A stretch of DNA of 63,740 bases, counting the filler, from Reticulomyxa filosa (Eukaryota; Protista; Foraminifera): NCBI GenBank assembly GCA_000512085.1. It is 11 parts of 11 records of this genome, joined end to end, with 100 filler letters (N's around TTAATTAATTAA, not from the genome) between each part and the next. Parts side by side here need not be neighbours in the genome. Positions count along the whole stretch, not along the records: positions 16,921 to 26,336 come from ASPP01008169.1; positions 26,437 to 34,445 come from ASPP01002568.1; positions 34,546 to 41,128 come from ASPP01004897.1; 8 more parts are not named here. One strand, given 5' to 3'. The first letter of the stretch is position 1. Each line of letters begins with the position of its first letter. The notes under the pieces are model-generated. The model was given only the letters and a program-made list of their open reading frames with translations. It did not search any database and was not told the DNA's origin. The position numbers and the translations under genes were made by a program. This document shows positions 26,244 to 37,984 of the stretch, piece after piece.

Positions 26244-26336
26244 ATAATTTTGTTCTTTTTCTTTATTTGTTTCAATCATTTCTTGTAATTGTCCATTTTC
26301 TGAATTTGATACAAAGCAGTGAAATTTTATCCATTT
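26244..26336 (-). pseudogene. Kelch-like family gene fragment abutting palindrome copy 2
   Basis: Minus strand reads 'KWIKFHCFVSNSENGQLQEMIETNKEKEQNYQ', similar to 'CVQYHCFVLK' in the 22411 gene. Confidence 0.6.
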
Positions 26337-26436
26337 NNNNNNNNNNNNNNNNNNNNNNNNNNNNNNNNNNNNNNNNNNNNTTAATTAATTAANNNNNNNN
26401 NNNNNNNNNNNNNNNNNNNNNNNNNNNNNNNNNNNN

Positions 26437-27758
26437 ATTTTTTCACATTCTGTTTCGAATTAGTTCCAAAGTTCTTCAGTTGTATCAAATGATCATTTTT
26501 CGTAAATCATTGTTTTTTCTATCCACCAAAGATTTTCAATTTGATTTAAATCAGGTGAATTTGGAGGAAAATTTTTTTTTTAATTTTTTTTGTTTTAACC
26601 ATTTCATAATTTTTTCCGATTTATGTCATATTGCATTATCTTGCTGGAAAATACAATTATCTTTATTTTCTAAGCAGCAATTGATGTTATTGTAGGGCAA
26701 GGCACTATAAATATCTGAACGTTGAAGGAACCTGGGAGTCCCAGTGGGCTAAAACTTCATCAACCAACTACTCCTTACTTCCTTGCTTTTCTTACTTTCC
26801 TTTTTGTCATTTTGATCTATTACTTAATTTACTTTGTTTTACTGAAATTCATTTTCATTCGAGTGAAACCTTTTCTTATTACATTTAGTGTAGCTCTTCA
26901 AAGTAGACTTCCCACATTATTTAGCATTTCGTCAGATAAAATTTCTATTTAAATTAGTCCTTATTTCATCTGAAAATAAAACCTTTTTCCAGTCTTCAAA
27001 CGTCTAATTTTCATGCTATAACGCAAATTCATATCTTGCTTTTTTCTGTTTCATTGTAAGTAATGGTTTTTTCTTTTTTGTAATAGCACTAGCAAACTTT
27101 GTTTTAACATATTTGTAATTGTTGGACGCAAAGTCTGAGTAAAATTCCATTTATATATAACATATATTGCTGTAAAATGCTTACTAGTTACAATCAATCT
27201 GATAATATACGATGCAATATCAAAGTTATATTTTGCGGACGTCCAGTGCGTTGTTTTTTCAAAATTCTACAATCTTTTTAAAAGTTAAAAAACCATTTCA
27301 TAACAAAATCATGTCTAATTTTAAATTTTTTGCCACTTTACGATAGCTTGATTAATTTCGTACTATTTCGACAGCAATACCTTTCACAAAACAATCGACA
27401 TGTCTTTTAATTTTAACAAAAATAGCAAATGTTAATCAATATTTCGGCAACAAAATAATCAATATCGAACACCTAAAAAAAAAGGTAAATCTTAAAAATT
27501 GTTTAAAAAAGATTGGTAAATTTCATGACTACGAGAAAAATACGATTGTCAACTTTTTTAAGAAATTTTACCAAATGAAAGATTAAAATTTTTGAAAAAA
27601 TTGAAAAGACTTAATAAAAGACCAAAATGATATTTAAAAACTACACGATTCGTATATATTTTTAAAAAATTTTGATTAAATGTTGTTTTTTCATTTAGAA
27701 ACACAATAATCTCTATAAGGTGGCATTTTAGGTGTCAACCTTCTTTTTTACCTCACGC
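26437..27758 (-). mobile_element. Decayed Tc1/mariner (IS630-Tc1-mariner, about DD34E) transposon: terminal region plus near-complete transposase relic
   Basis: Minus-strand motifs 'SYRKVAK', 'RTGRP', 'KKPLLTMKQKKARYEFAL*HEN*TFEDWKKVLFSDE', 'IFQQDNA', 'FPPNSPDLNQIENLW' with stops and frameshifts. Confidence 0.9.
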
Positions 27759-28539
27759 ATTAACGAAAAAGACACAACAAATAATATTATGTTGATAATC
27801 GAATCAACATACTGTAATAATATATGAAAAATCAAATTTTTTTAATCGTTATGTTCAACAAACCTTCCCCCGAAGACAAATAATCAATCACAAAAACAAA
27901 ATTTGTTTTCTTTTTTTGTTTTACACTCGTGCTGTTCTAATTATTGATTAACAAAATTTTCACTTCATTATTACGCAGTTGTGATTGAATACATAAATTT
28001 TGTGTTGACCAAAATACTTTCTAAAAAATTGTTTGGCCAATTTATTTCTTCATATATTTATAGTATTAAAATAATTATGGTTCGCAAAAAATACAAAACT
28101 GTAATGATACTTAATGATAATAGATTTTTTCATAAAAAAACAAGATTAGTTCTAATCTTTTCTACATGTCCACATTGAGTGAAGCCAGAAATCAGAGGTT
28201 TCATTAAAAAGTCAACGTCATATTAAAAATTTCAAAACTTGTAGATATTATTAGTGCTGAATATTGTTTTATAGAAAATTTATCACCTTCATAGATGCCA
28301 TTTACTTTCACCCTTTTTTTTTTACATTCTACAGAATTTATTAAAAAAATTTTGGGTAAATTATGTACGCGTGGATTATGATCACATTGAGTATTAAACA
28401 AAGGCAGTAGTTTATGTGTTAACAGATCGAAAAAAAGCCTGAGCATAGAAGCCCATATCAGAACATTGCACAATAGGAATCCATAGAGATTAGAAGGAAG
28501 GAGTGGGATGAAAAAAAAAACATTAGATATTTGTCAATT

Positions 28540-29920
28540 TTATCGGAACTTTTCGGTGACAGACAAAGAATAGTCCCACAATTTTTTCCCTTGAACTGGA
28601 TCCATAATGAAGTCATTATAACCAGTCATATCAGAAGGATTTCCACTCCACTTACCTTGCACAATGCAATCCTGCAAAAAGGAGCCCCCTTTGGTAGAGA
28701 GATTTTTGTCGACTAATGCCCACACTTGAGTAGCAGCACCTTCGTCTAGAGTTTTCATAATTCTTGCGAGGTGTTCATGTCTAATATTTCCTTTTTCATC
28801 TTTTATATGCAGTCTGACAAAGTCCTTTTCAGTGAAATCTGTTCAAAAATTTTTTAACATCCTCTTCCCATCATTTCTTTTACTCAACAAACAAACAAAA
28901 AAAAAAACCTCTCTGTAATTCCGTCTCAATAATGCCTGGATGCAATGAAAATCCCAGCCACCCATTTTTGGAAGCATGACGGCGATTAAACTCCGTAGCC
29001 CAAGTGCATCTCGCTGTGCACGACTGGCCATACGCGAGAAATTTTTCATACTTACTTTTGAGATTGATATCGTCCCATTGTAACGCACCCCATCTTTGTG
29101 TGTATGTAACATTTTTTTTTAACAATGAGTAAAAATCTTTTTTTCACAAGTAGTTAAAAATACCTTGTTGCAACTGCAGACACGACAACCAAGCGACCTT
29201 GATTGAGCCGAAAGAGGGTCGGCTTCAGTACTTCTGTCAGATGGAAATGCGACAAGTAGTTGACACCAAAATGGTACTCGTGACCCTGCTTGGTTTCTTT
29301 CCTTTGGGGTGGGAACATTACTCCTGCATTGCACACTACTCCATGAATTTTCGAATATTCCTAGAAGTGGCAAGGTTTGAACAATACTTTGTTGAAGTTT
29401 TTTTTTTTTTTTACTTGTTCCAAAAATAAAAAATTTGAGTAGCAAAAAAAAAAAATTTTGTAGTTGAACTTTTGCAATTTTTTGAGCACATTTGGTCACT
29501 GATTCCAAATCATCCAGCTGAACAGAGATAATGGAAAATTGAGATGATTTCAATTTTTTGTCGGTTCCCAGAATCTTCTCCTTCAGAACCTTATTCATTT
29601 TGTCCGTGTCTCGGACTAAACATATCACGTTTGCGCCATGGTAGGCCAAGCTACGCGCTGTCGGGACACCAATACCGGCGCTGGTACCAGTCACCACATA
29701 GGTCTTCCAACCAGTCACATATTTTGTTTTCGATCACAGTTTTACTAAAGTACTTTTTGTCTCTCAATAAAAAACTCAAAAAATATTAAACGTGGTTAGA
29801 CAAGTCGTGGCCCTTTAACACGTCGTAGCAAGTGGATTTGCTGTTAAAGGTCGAGCTACGGCGCAATGAACAGAGTGCATAAGCTCGTTTGATGCAACGA
29901 GGAATATTGGAAGACAACAT
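28540..29920 (-). CDS. Short-chain dehydrogenase/reductase (RDH/WWOX-like subgroup) with atypical active site, 5 exons, possible mitochondrial presequence
   Basis: 'TYVVTGTSAGIG', 'VVCNAGVM', 'FGVNYLSHF', 'SLHPGIIETELQR', 'KTLDEGAATQVW'; Arg/Ser-rich N-terminus 'MLSSNIPRCIKRAYALCSLRRSS'; all four introns GT-AG in frame. Confidence 0.9.
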
Positions 29921-30181
29921 GATTTTAAGATTAATCTTTTTAAAGTAGTCCCCTCAATTTCAATATAGATTAATAAAATCTAAAAGGTTTGTCAAAAAGC
30001 AGTTGCAAAACTCAAATTGGTCAACACGATTAATGTCTCGAAAGAATAGTTTAATTTATCCTTTAAAAAAGGGCACATTGGTCCCAATACGGTAAGATAT
30101 TTTAAGAGAAAGACACTCACTATACTTGAACTAAACTAAAAAACTAGGTTTTCCTGACGAAATTTTTTTTCACCTGGTCTG

Positions 30182-31369
30182 ATGTTATTATATTGGGTGA
30201 CAGCTGTAAGTGTTTTATTACTTGCAGAAGCTGAGTTAAGTGTTTTCTCTCTCTTCGCACAATGTTTTGTGTTTACTTTTGGCACGCTACGAGGCCACAA
30301 AGACAACAAAACCTACACAATGAAAAAAGGCAAGCTCGGCAGCTGTTGACTCCACCCCCACTTCCGCCTTTTCCAACGTCTTTACCAACAACAAGTATGT
30401 GTGCATGCGTCATTTAAGGTCTTAGTATGGGGGGGGGGGTGTCATAAAGAAAAAAAAAGAACAACCAATGAACATCCAATAAAATATACAAAAAAAAAAT
30501 ATGTACTGTACACTGCTATTGTATGTATACGTATCGTTTAGCCAAAGCTCCTACCACAACAACACACCGGCCAACCCATGCACCAACCACTAGTACGTTC
30601 AAAAAAAAAAAAAGCTTTTTATATATGTACATATATATATATATATTTTTTTTTTTATAATTAAAAATGCAATTTTAAATATTTTACATAAAAAAAAAAA
30701 AATTAAATATTTACAAATATTTAAATGTATACATATACATATACAAATAGTGGCGCCAACGAAGTCAACAGGTTTGCCTCCTCCGCCTCCTCCTCCAATA
30801 ACTCTTTCTCCCACGTCCCCGACCTCGCCCTTTCCACTGACGCTGCACCCAACTCTGGCATTTCCATTAACGCAGCATCCGACGCCAGCATTTCCACTGA
30901 CATTGCACCCGACGCTCGCATTTCCACTGACCCTGCATCCGACTCCCGCATTTCCATTGACATTGCACCCAACACCCACATTTCCATTGACATTGCACCC
31001 GACGCTCGCATTTCCGCTAACGTTACACCCAACGCCCACATTTCCATTGACGTTGCATCCAACGCCCACATTTCCATTGACATTGCATCCGACGCCAACA
31101 TTTCCATTAACGCTGCACCCGACACCTACATTTCCATTAACATTGCACCCAACACCCACATTTCCATTGACGTTGCACCCGACGCCTACATTTCCATTGA
31201 CGTTGCACCCGACACCTACATTTCCATTGACGTTGCACCCGACACCTACATTTCCGTTGACACTGCACCCAACGCTTACATTTCCACTGACATTGCACCC
31301 GACGCCTACATTTCCATTGACATTGCACCCAACGCCAGGCCTTCCTCCGCCGCCATTTCCCACGACAGC

Positions 31370-31401
<32 letters not shown>

Positions 31402-32138
31402 CGAAGCCGACCACGAGCGCGCCGAGTACCACGGCGAAGCCATCGGCCTCTTCGACGAGTGCGTCGCCATCGTCCAAGACAGTCACGTTCAAGACCAAGT
31501 ACACGGTCGAGTCCAAGGATGACAATATCACGCTCGCCCAAATACCCGGCGTGGTCCAGGGAGGTGTTATCAGCACGTTCTATCAATACTACAGTTTGGA
31601 TGTGCGACAAAGCACGAGTAGTTCCAGCAGTGCCAGTCGTAGTCGTAACTATCGCTATAGTGACAGCTATAATCATGGCCGAGGTCGTGATCGTAGTGAG
31701 AGCCTCAAGAGTCAAGAAAAAAGGGTCATTGCAAAGAGTCCTAGGACGGGATACATTACAACGAATAGCGAAGAGTTCGATATTGCGTCGGACGTAGAAA
31801 GCGACCAAAAAGTGCTGACACAGGCGTTGGTCGACGATTTGGCTTTGTTCCAGTCGCAACTCAATGATGTGCTCAATAATCGCGTTGTGGTTCATCTGGA
31901 TAGCACCACTGTCTCCACTGGAGAGGCTTTGAGCAGCTCCTCCGCAACGTCCTCGATGCCCCTTTGGCAAATCATACTCATCGTTGTCGTCGTGCTCGCT
32001 GTTGTCGTTATCATTGTTGGCGCTGTGTGGCGCTCTCGAAGAAATAATCGCAAAAAACTTCTCCAACAACAGGAAAAACAGATCAAACGAAGAGATTTGG
32101 AAGATCCCCCAAAGAAAGGTACATTCATCTCCATTTAT

Positions 32139-32172
<34 letters not shown>

Positions 32173-32492
32173 ACTTGTAGATATAAATTTTTTTCTTCTT
32201 ACGTATACGTATAGATATTGAGATTGGAATCACGGACGGACACCAAACCAAACCTGAAACGACTATAGCGATTGGAGGTACATTGCAAACGAGTCAAGCC
32301 ACTGAAAAGGAGGAACCACAACCCGAAAAGGAGAAACCACAATCTGCAAAGGAAGAACCACAGCCCGAAAAGGAGGAATCACAGCCTGAAGATTCGGTTT
32401 CTTCGGAGGACTCGATTAGTGAAAAACCCACTTTGAACCAAAATGCAGAGGCTCTTCCTCCTCCTCCTCCTCCTCCTGCTTACTCTACATGA
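30182..32492 (+). CDS. Type I membrane mucin-like protein: signal peptide, Pro/Thr/His tandem repeats, TM helix, acidic tail ending in a PPxY motif; 5 exons
   Basis: 'MLLYWVTAVSVLLLAEAE', 'RQARQLLTPPP', 17 x FPLTLHPTPT, poly-Thr, TM 'WQIILIVVVVLAVVVIIVGAVW' followed by RSRR, C-terminus 'PPPPPPPAYST*'. Confidence 0.85.
30831..31340 (+). repeat. Coding minisatellite, 17 x 30 bp
   Basis: Unit TTTCCRYTRACRYTGCAYCCRACRCYYRCA in exact 30-nt register. Confidence 0.97.
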
Positions 32493-33153
32493 GTACTTGC
32501 AGCAGTATGATTACCGGATCACTGTAAAAAAACAAATCCATACAAGTGTTACTGCCACTGGGAAAATATTTGTTATAATTAGTTCAGGTGTAATAACCCT
32601 TTAGAGAGTGCTACCACAATAGCATATAATAAATAATTTTTTTTTTCCATTCATTAAAGTATTGGTCAACAAAAAAGGCCAATATTTGTGGTCTCATATG
32701 CTTTTTGCAATATGTCTTGTAGAAGCACTCGTCAATATGATCATTACTTTGCTTCCATTATTATTAACCGTCGTCACGTTAATCTTGTATTTCAAAATAT
32801 ATTTAAATAATTACCAATTTTTTAGCCGAATAAACAATAACATCAGTAAACAAGAATACCATTCAATTGCAATATACTACACAAATCAGAACTCAATGCC
32901 TTGCTGATGAATGATTGGTTTTCACATAGAATTTGTTTGAATGTATTTGATTATGTTATGGACGGAAATACAAGTTCTGCTGTGCTGTTTAGTTGTTTGT
33001 TGCAAAATAACATTAAAAAACTACTGTCCTTTCTTTTGCAAATCATTTTTCTGAAGTTAGCATGTAGCGTGAAAACTTGTGAAAAAAAAGTAGAGCGAAA
33101 AATTTCAAAAAAAGTTCATTATATTCGCGTGTTTGTGGTGACAAGATTTAGAA

Positions 33154-34338
33154 ATGGACCAAGAAAATGATGGTCAAGATCCTCCTCAAATTGAATTGGA
33201 GCAAAACGCGGACATTGAGGTTCAGGCAACGTCAGAGGCGCAAAACTCTGCTTCCCGTCCTGACATAACAGTCGCACAAATAATTGGTGGCTCGCTTGGC
33301 AACATATTGGAATGGTACAAAGGACAAACTCTTCAGAACCTTCTCCCCCCCTCTCTCCACTTCCCTTTCTTGCAGCATGCTCAAAACTTTCTTTTTTCTT
33401 TTCCAAATTAATTTATCAGCATGTTCACGTGTACATGCACAAAAAAAAAAAGGTACGACTTTAGTGTATTCGGTTTTTTGGCGAATCAAATATCAGTGAA
33501 CTTTTTCCCAAAGAGCAGCCCGTCAGTACAGTTGCTAGCGACGTATGGCGTGTTTGCAGGCGCGTTTGTAGCAAGACCGTTGGGTGGCATTGTCTTTGGT
33601 GTGATTGGTGACAAATATGGTCGGAAGCAAGCGCTACAGCTGTCGATGGTGGTCATGTTTGTGGCCACACTTATTATGGGATGCTTGCCGACGTATCAGA
33701 CCGTTGGCATCGGTGCACCAGTGTTGCTGACGATCTTGCGCCTGGTTCAAGGATTTTCCGTTGGCGGGCAATTGGTGGGGTCGATGCTGTTTTTAGTTGG
33801 TTTAGAACTTTTATTTATTTATTTTTTGTTGCTATTATTATAAATAATAATAACAACAACAATAATAATAATAATAATAATAATAAAGAAAGTGCTCGTC
33901 CTGGAAAACGTGGATTTTATGGGAGTGTGGTGATGGCCACAGTGAATGCAGGTGTGTTGTTGGGCAACGGGTTCGTGGCGATATTGTATTTGACAATGTC
34001 GGATCATTCGTTGATCAGGTATGGATGGAGGATACCGTTCATTGCGTCGGCGGTCATTGGACTGGCAGGATTTAGAGTGCAAATGAAAATGCCCGGTTCA
34101 CACGACTTTGAGGTGGCCAAATCCCAGTCCGGCATCGTCGCGAATCCCATGGAAATAGCCATTCGCCAACACTGGAGGGAGATCATCTACATGGCCGTTG
34201 TCGATATCGTTTGGGGAACCGGTTTCTATCTCCTTTTCGTTTGGACTCCTAATTATGTTAGCTTTCAGCAAGACCCTCCTTATCGCAACGCCGTCAGCAT
34301 CAATGCAATCTTATTGGTGTGGATTTGCGGTGCTTTAG
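33154..34338 (+). CDS. MFS transporter of the metabolite:H+ symporter (ProP-like) family; 3' end cut by spacer
   Basis: 'GGSLGNILEWYDFSVFGFLA...FFP', 'RPLGGIVFGVIGDKYGRK', 'LRLVQGFSVGGQ', 'ESARPGKRGFYGS', 'YGWRIPF'; GT-AG introns. Confidence 0.92.
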
Positions 34339-34695
34339 GTATTATTTTTTATATACATGTATATACGTATATTTATATACACATATATATGTATGTATGT
34401 GTACGTATGTGGTGTGCATTGGTACGTATACATATATATGCTCATNNNNNNNNNNNNNNNNNNNNNNNNNNNNNNNNNNNNNNNNNNNNTTAATTAATTA
34501 ANNNNNNNNNNNNNNNNNNNNNNNNNNNNNNNNNNNNNNNNNNNNAATAACAATAATAATAATAACAATAATAACAGTAACAATAGTAGTAATAACACAA
34601 ATATAAATGAATCTGAAAATAAAGAAAAAGAGACACTCCGAAACAAAGGCAATGAGGACAACGTAGTAACGACACCACAGCCCTTTTTATGTATA

Positions 34696-35464
34696 ATGAA
34701 ACTGCGAGAAATTGGCTATGAAGGGTTAGTCATTGCAGTTTTAGAACAAGTTGATTTATTGGACTTATTTGAAAATGGCTTTGCAAGAGATCCGACACGC
34801 AATGAACATTGTCTTGATTGGAAGCTATTACATTACCTAATCAAATATTTATGTGATGTTTTAAAAGATCCTAAGCTTGTCGCATGGAACACTTTTGGTA
34901 TACGAAGATACTCTTTTTTTTCTCAGCTGTCCACAAATATTTTTCTCTCATTTTGTTTGGTTATACAAAATAGATGAACAAAAGTGCTTGATGATAATGA
35001 GTTGGTTAATTGTTTTAATTGGAGGCATTTTGAAAAATGATTCCTATTTTGCAATGGACAAATGCTTTGCGGCATTGCAATTGGTACGCAGTACTGTGTC
35101 TTATTGTCTATTGGTCAATCGATAGTTAAGTAATGTCATTTTGTTGTGTAATTCAATGCAAATAAATTTTTTCAAAATATGAAAACATCTACTTTATATC
35201 ATGTGTTTACTTATTATGAAAATTGATAGCACTAGCCAAACAACGAAATTACTTGAACGCCTCCTTAATGATGTTATTGCAGATACTTTAAATCGATTAA
35301 AGCGTGGTAATGCAGTACCACCACTATCTTTTAATCGAGAGACCGCAAATATGAGTGAAATAGATAGCACCTTGTTATCTTTTGGCCATCCGGATGAACC
35401 CGGAAATGATGATGAAAGGGACAAAGATAGACGTGGTTCTTTCTCAAGGTTTAGTGTTGATTGA
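34696..35464 (+). CDS. 3' part of an unidentified multi-exon gene, or a pseudogene
   Basis: Three coding-like ORFs (34696, ~34975, ~35230) separated by AT-rich GT..AG segments; no domain recognised. Confidence 0.35.
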
Positions 35465-35957
35465 CCGTTTCATTCACCAATTTCGCAAAAGAATACTTTT
35501 TGTGTCTCTTGGCCTTGGTTTTTTGTCTTCCGAAGATTGTGTTGGTTTGTGTTCTTTTTTTTTGGCTCTAACTTCTAAACGCGAGCAGAGAAGTGTTTCA
35601 AGACTTTTTTACAACCGAAACGTGTCCAGCATCATTTCATGAAAATTCATTTTCAAGTGCTTTTGTTCTTTTCACAATCATAAACTTATGAATAGTAGCA
35701 TTCTTCCAGTTACTGTTGAAATTAAAAAAAAACAAATCAGCCATAGCATCCATTTTTCACATAAAATTCTGGTTGTGTGGATGATCACTGGCAGAAGTGT
35801 CAACGATTATTAATGTCAAAGGAGTTTCAAGACTAAACTTTTGTTGAAATTAGCTGTTAGTTGTTAAACTACTATTGAAAGTTAAACTTTGCAAAATGCA
35901 AAAAAAAAATAAATCACTGACACTCTGAGATGCCAAAAAAAAAGATAATGAAATTTT

Positions 35958-37984
35958 TTATAAACATCCTTTGGTAGCATCTCCTTTTGTGTAACTTGGA
36001 GACACAAGGCTTCCTTTGTCAATTATTAGGAATTCTTTTCGAATAGGTTTTTTATTGAAGTAGGAATCCAAAATTTCTTTCACACCAGCTGTTGTTGTGT
36101 GTTGAAAATCATTTCAAATAAGAAAAAATGCCCTTAGATAAATGTAACAACAAATGGCATACCAGCATATCTGGCTTGCGCATCTAAAGTGGTGCCAGAT
36201 ACATGTGGAGTCAGTGCATGTCTTGGCATCAATCTCCATGGGTGTGTTCGTGGTGCAGGTTGTGGAAACCAAACCTAACATCAAATTTATCTCTTTATTG
36301 TATTACTTATTTTTTGGCAAATTCACATAAAACAAAGAATACAACAATAACAAAAATCGCAACATTAGGACAATCACTCAACATCTCCAGCATAGCCAGC
36401 GACGTGACCAGAGTCAACAGCATCTGCCAAAGCTTGAGCATCAACAATTTTTCCACGAGCAGTGTTTACAATATAAACACCTCGTTTGCATTTTTCCAGC
36501 ATCTTACGATTAAACAAATTTTCTGTCAGTATAACAAAAGAAAATTGTGGACATTAACTTACAAAAAAAGATGCAATGTAATTTGTCACAAAGTAAAACA
36601 CAATTAGAACAAACCTGTTTCAGGGTGCAATGGACAGTTGATGGTAATGACATCACAGTGAGGAACCATCGCTTCTACAGTTTCATGATATGTTACTCCC
36701 AGAGCCTTTTCTTGTTGTGGGTTCAATCTTATTTTATCGGCGTAGTGAAGTTTCACATCGAAAGGTTTTAATCGTTGCAAAACTCGATAACCTTTTTTTG
36801 TTTTTTCTTGTCATTTATTCCATTTACATACAATCATGAAAATAAAATACAAACCGATTCGACCCGCAGCAACACTTCCAACATGCTTATTTTCCAAATC
36901 AAAGGCTCGGTCAGCAATTCGAGCAATATCCCATTCTCCTTCAATCACTTGTTTGTAAGCTGGAATGTAGTTGCGAACTAACGCCAGTATTTGCATCACC
37001 ACATGCTCCGCAACACTACATTTATTCATTTATTTTGTTTCTTCTTATGTTTGTCCACATTAATACTTTTTTTAAAAAAATAAGTGTAATGTATGTCCAA
37101 GAACATTCCGGAAAAATTCAGTCCATTTCTTGCACAAAACGGAGAGAGAGAACAACAACAAAAAAAAGCTTTACAAGACATTAAAAAGATTATTTTCTAA
37201 CACGTAATCCTCTCATAAAATTTTCATTTATTTTTATTTGTTCATAACATTTCACGAGGGGAAGGGAGAAAGAGAGAGGGATCAAATGAAGAAGTAAAGC
37301 GAAATTATCGATATTTGAAATAATTTTGAATATTATTGTTATTGTTATTATTATTATTATTATGGTTATTACTCATACCTAACTACATTGCATCCAGTTA
37401 CTTCTGCCACAGTAATTCCCTTCTTTTGTGCCGCTAAAACGTACAGTCATACATATACATATGTACATATATTTAACACGTATTTTTTTTTTAAAGTGGT
37501 GTCGTATAATTAATAAAGGTAAACTTTCTAAGTCCACATGATCAGATCCGACACCAGCAGTGATGGCCAATTTCAAGTTTTTGGCGGCGTTTAAACGGTG
37601 TCCTGACAAATAAGCGGGCCAAAAAGGTTGAGATATTGCCACTTCTGCATCGACCAAGTTTTTCATAAATTCACTTTGGTCTCCATCTTTGTCGCTTGTT
37701 ATTACAAGGTTGTGGCCTGCTTGTTTCGCCCATTCTCGTAGTCCGAGTCCGTTCTCTTCACATCCCAATATATTTGGGTTGCGACGGCCCACTTCTCCTG
37801 CACGTTCAAAGTGCACATTTTACATTACTTTTGCGTTTTTTTTTTGATTACAAACAGTACAATGAAGCGCAATAAAACAGATATTACCTCCAGGATATAA
37901 GGCACACACGATTTTTGCAAAGCTTCGTGTTTGGTGTTGCCAGATATGGGCATTGCCTCCGCTTTTTGCAAGTCTTGACAACAT
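35958..37984 (-). CDS. FDH: NAD-dependent formate dehydrogenase with N-terminal mitochondrial-type presequence, 8 exons
   Basis: '[10 protein letters not shown]...[14 protein letters not shown]', '[10 protein letters not shown]', '[11 protein letters not shown]', '[18 protein letters not shown]', 'AAGRIG', 'NCPLHPET', 'VNTARG', '[13 protein letters not shown]', '[16 protein letters not shown]'; all 7 introns GT-AG in frame. Confidence 0.97.

Noticed and set aside
30599-31576. Long alternative ORFs over the 30-bp repeat (GNVGVGCNVN on minus; ISIDIAPDAY on plus); also CRISPR-like periodicity
   Set aside because: Shadow frames of a coding minisatellite. Variation is synonymous in the FPLTLHPTPT frame and there are no unique spacers.
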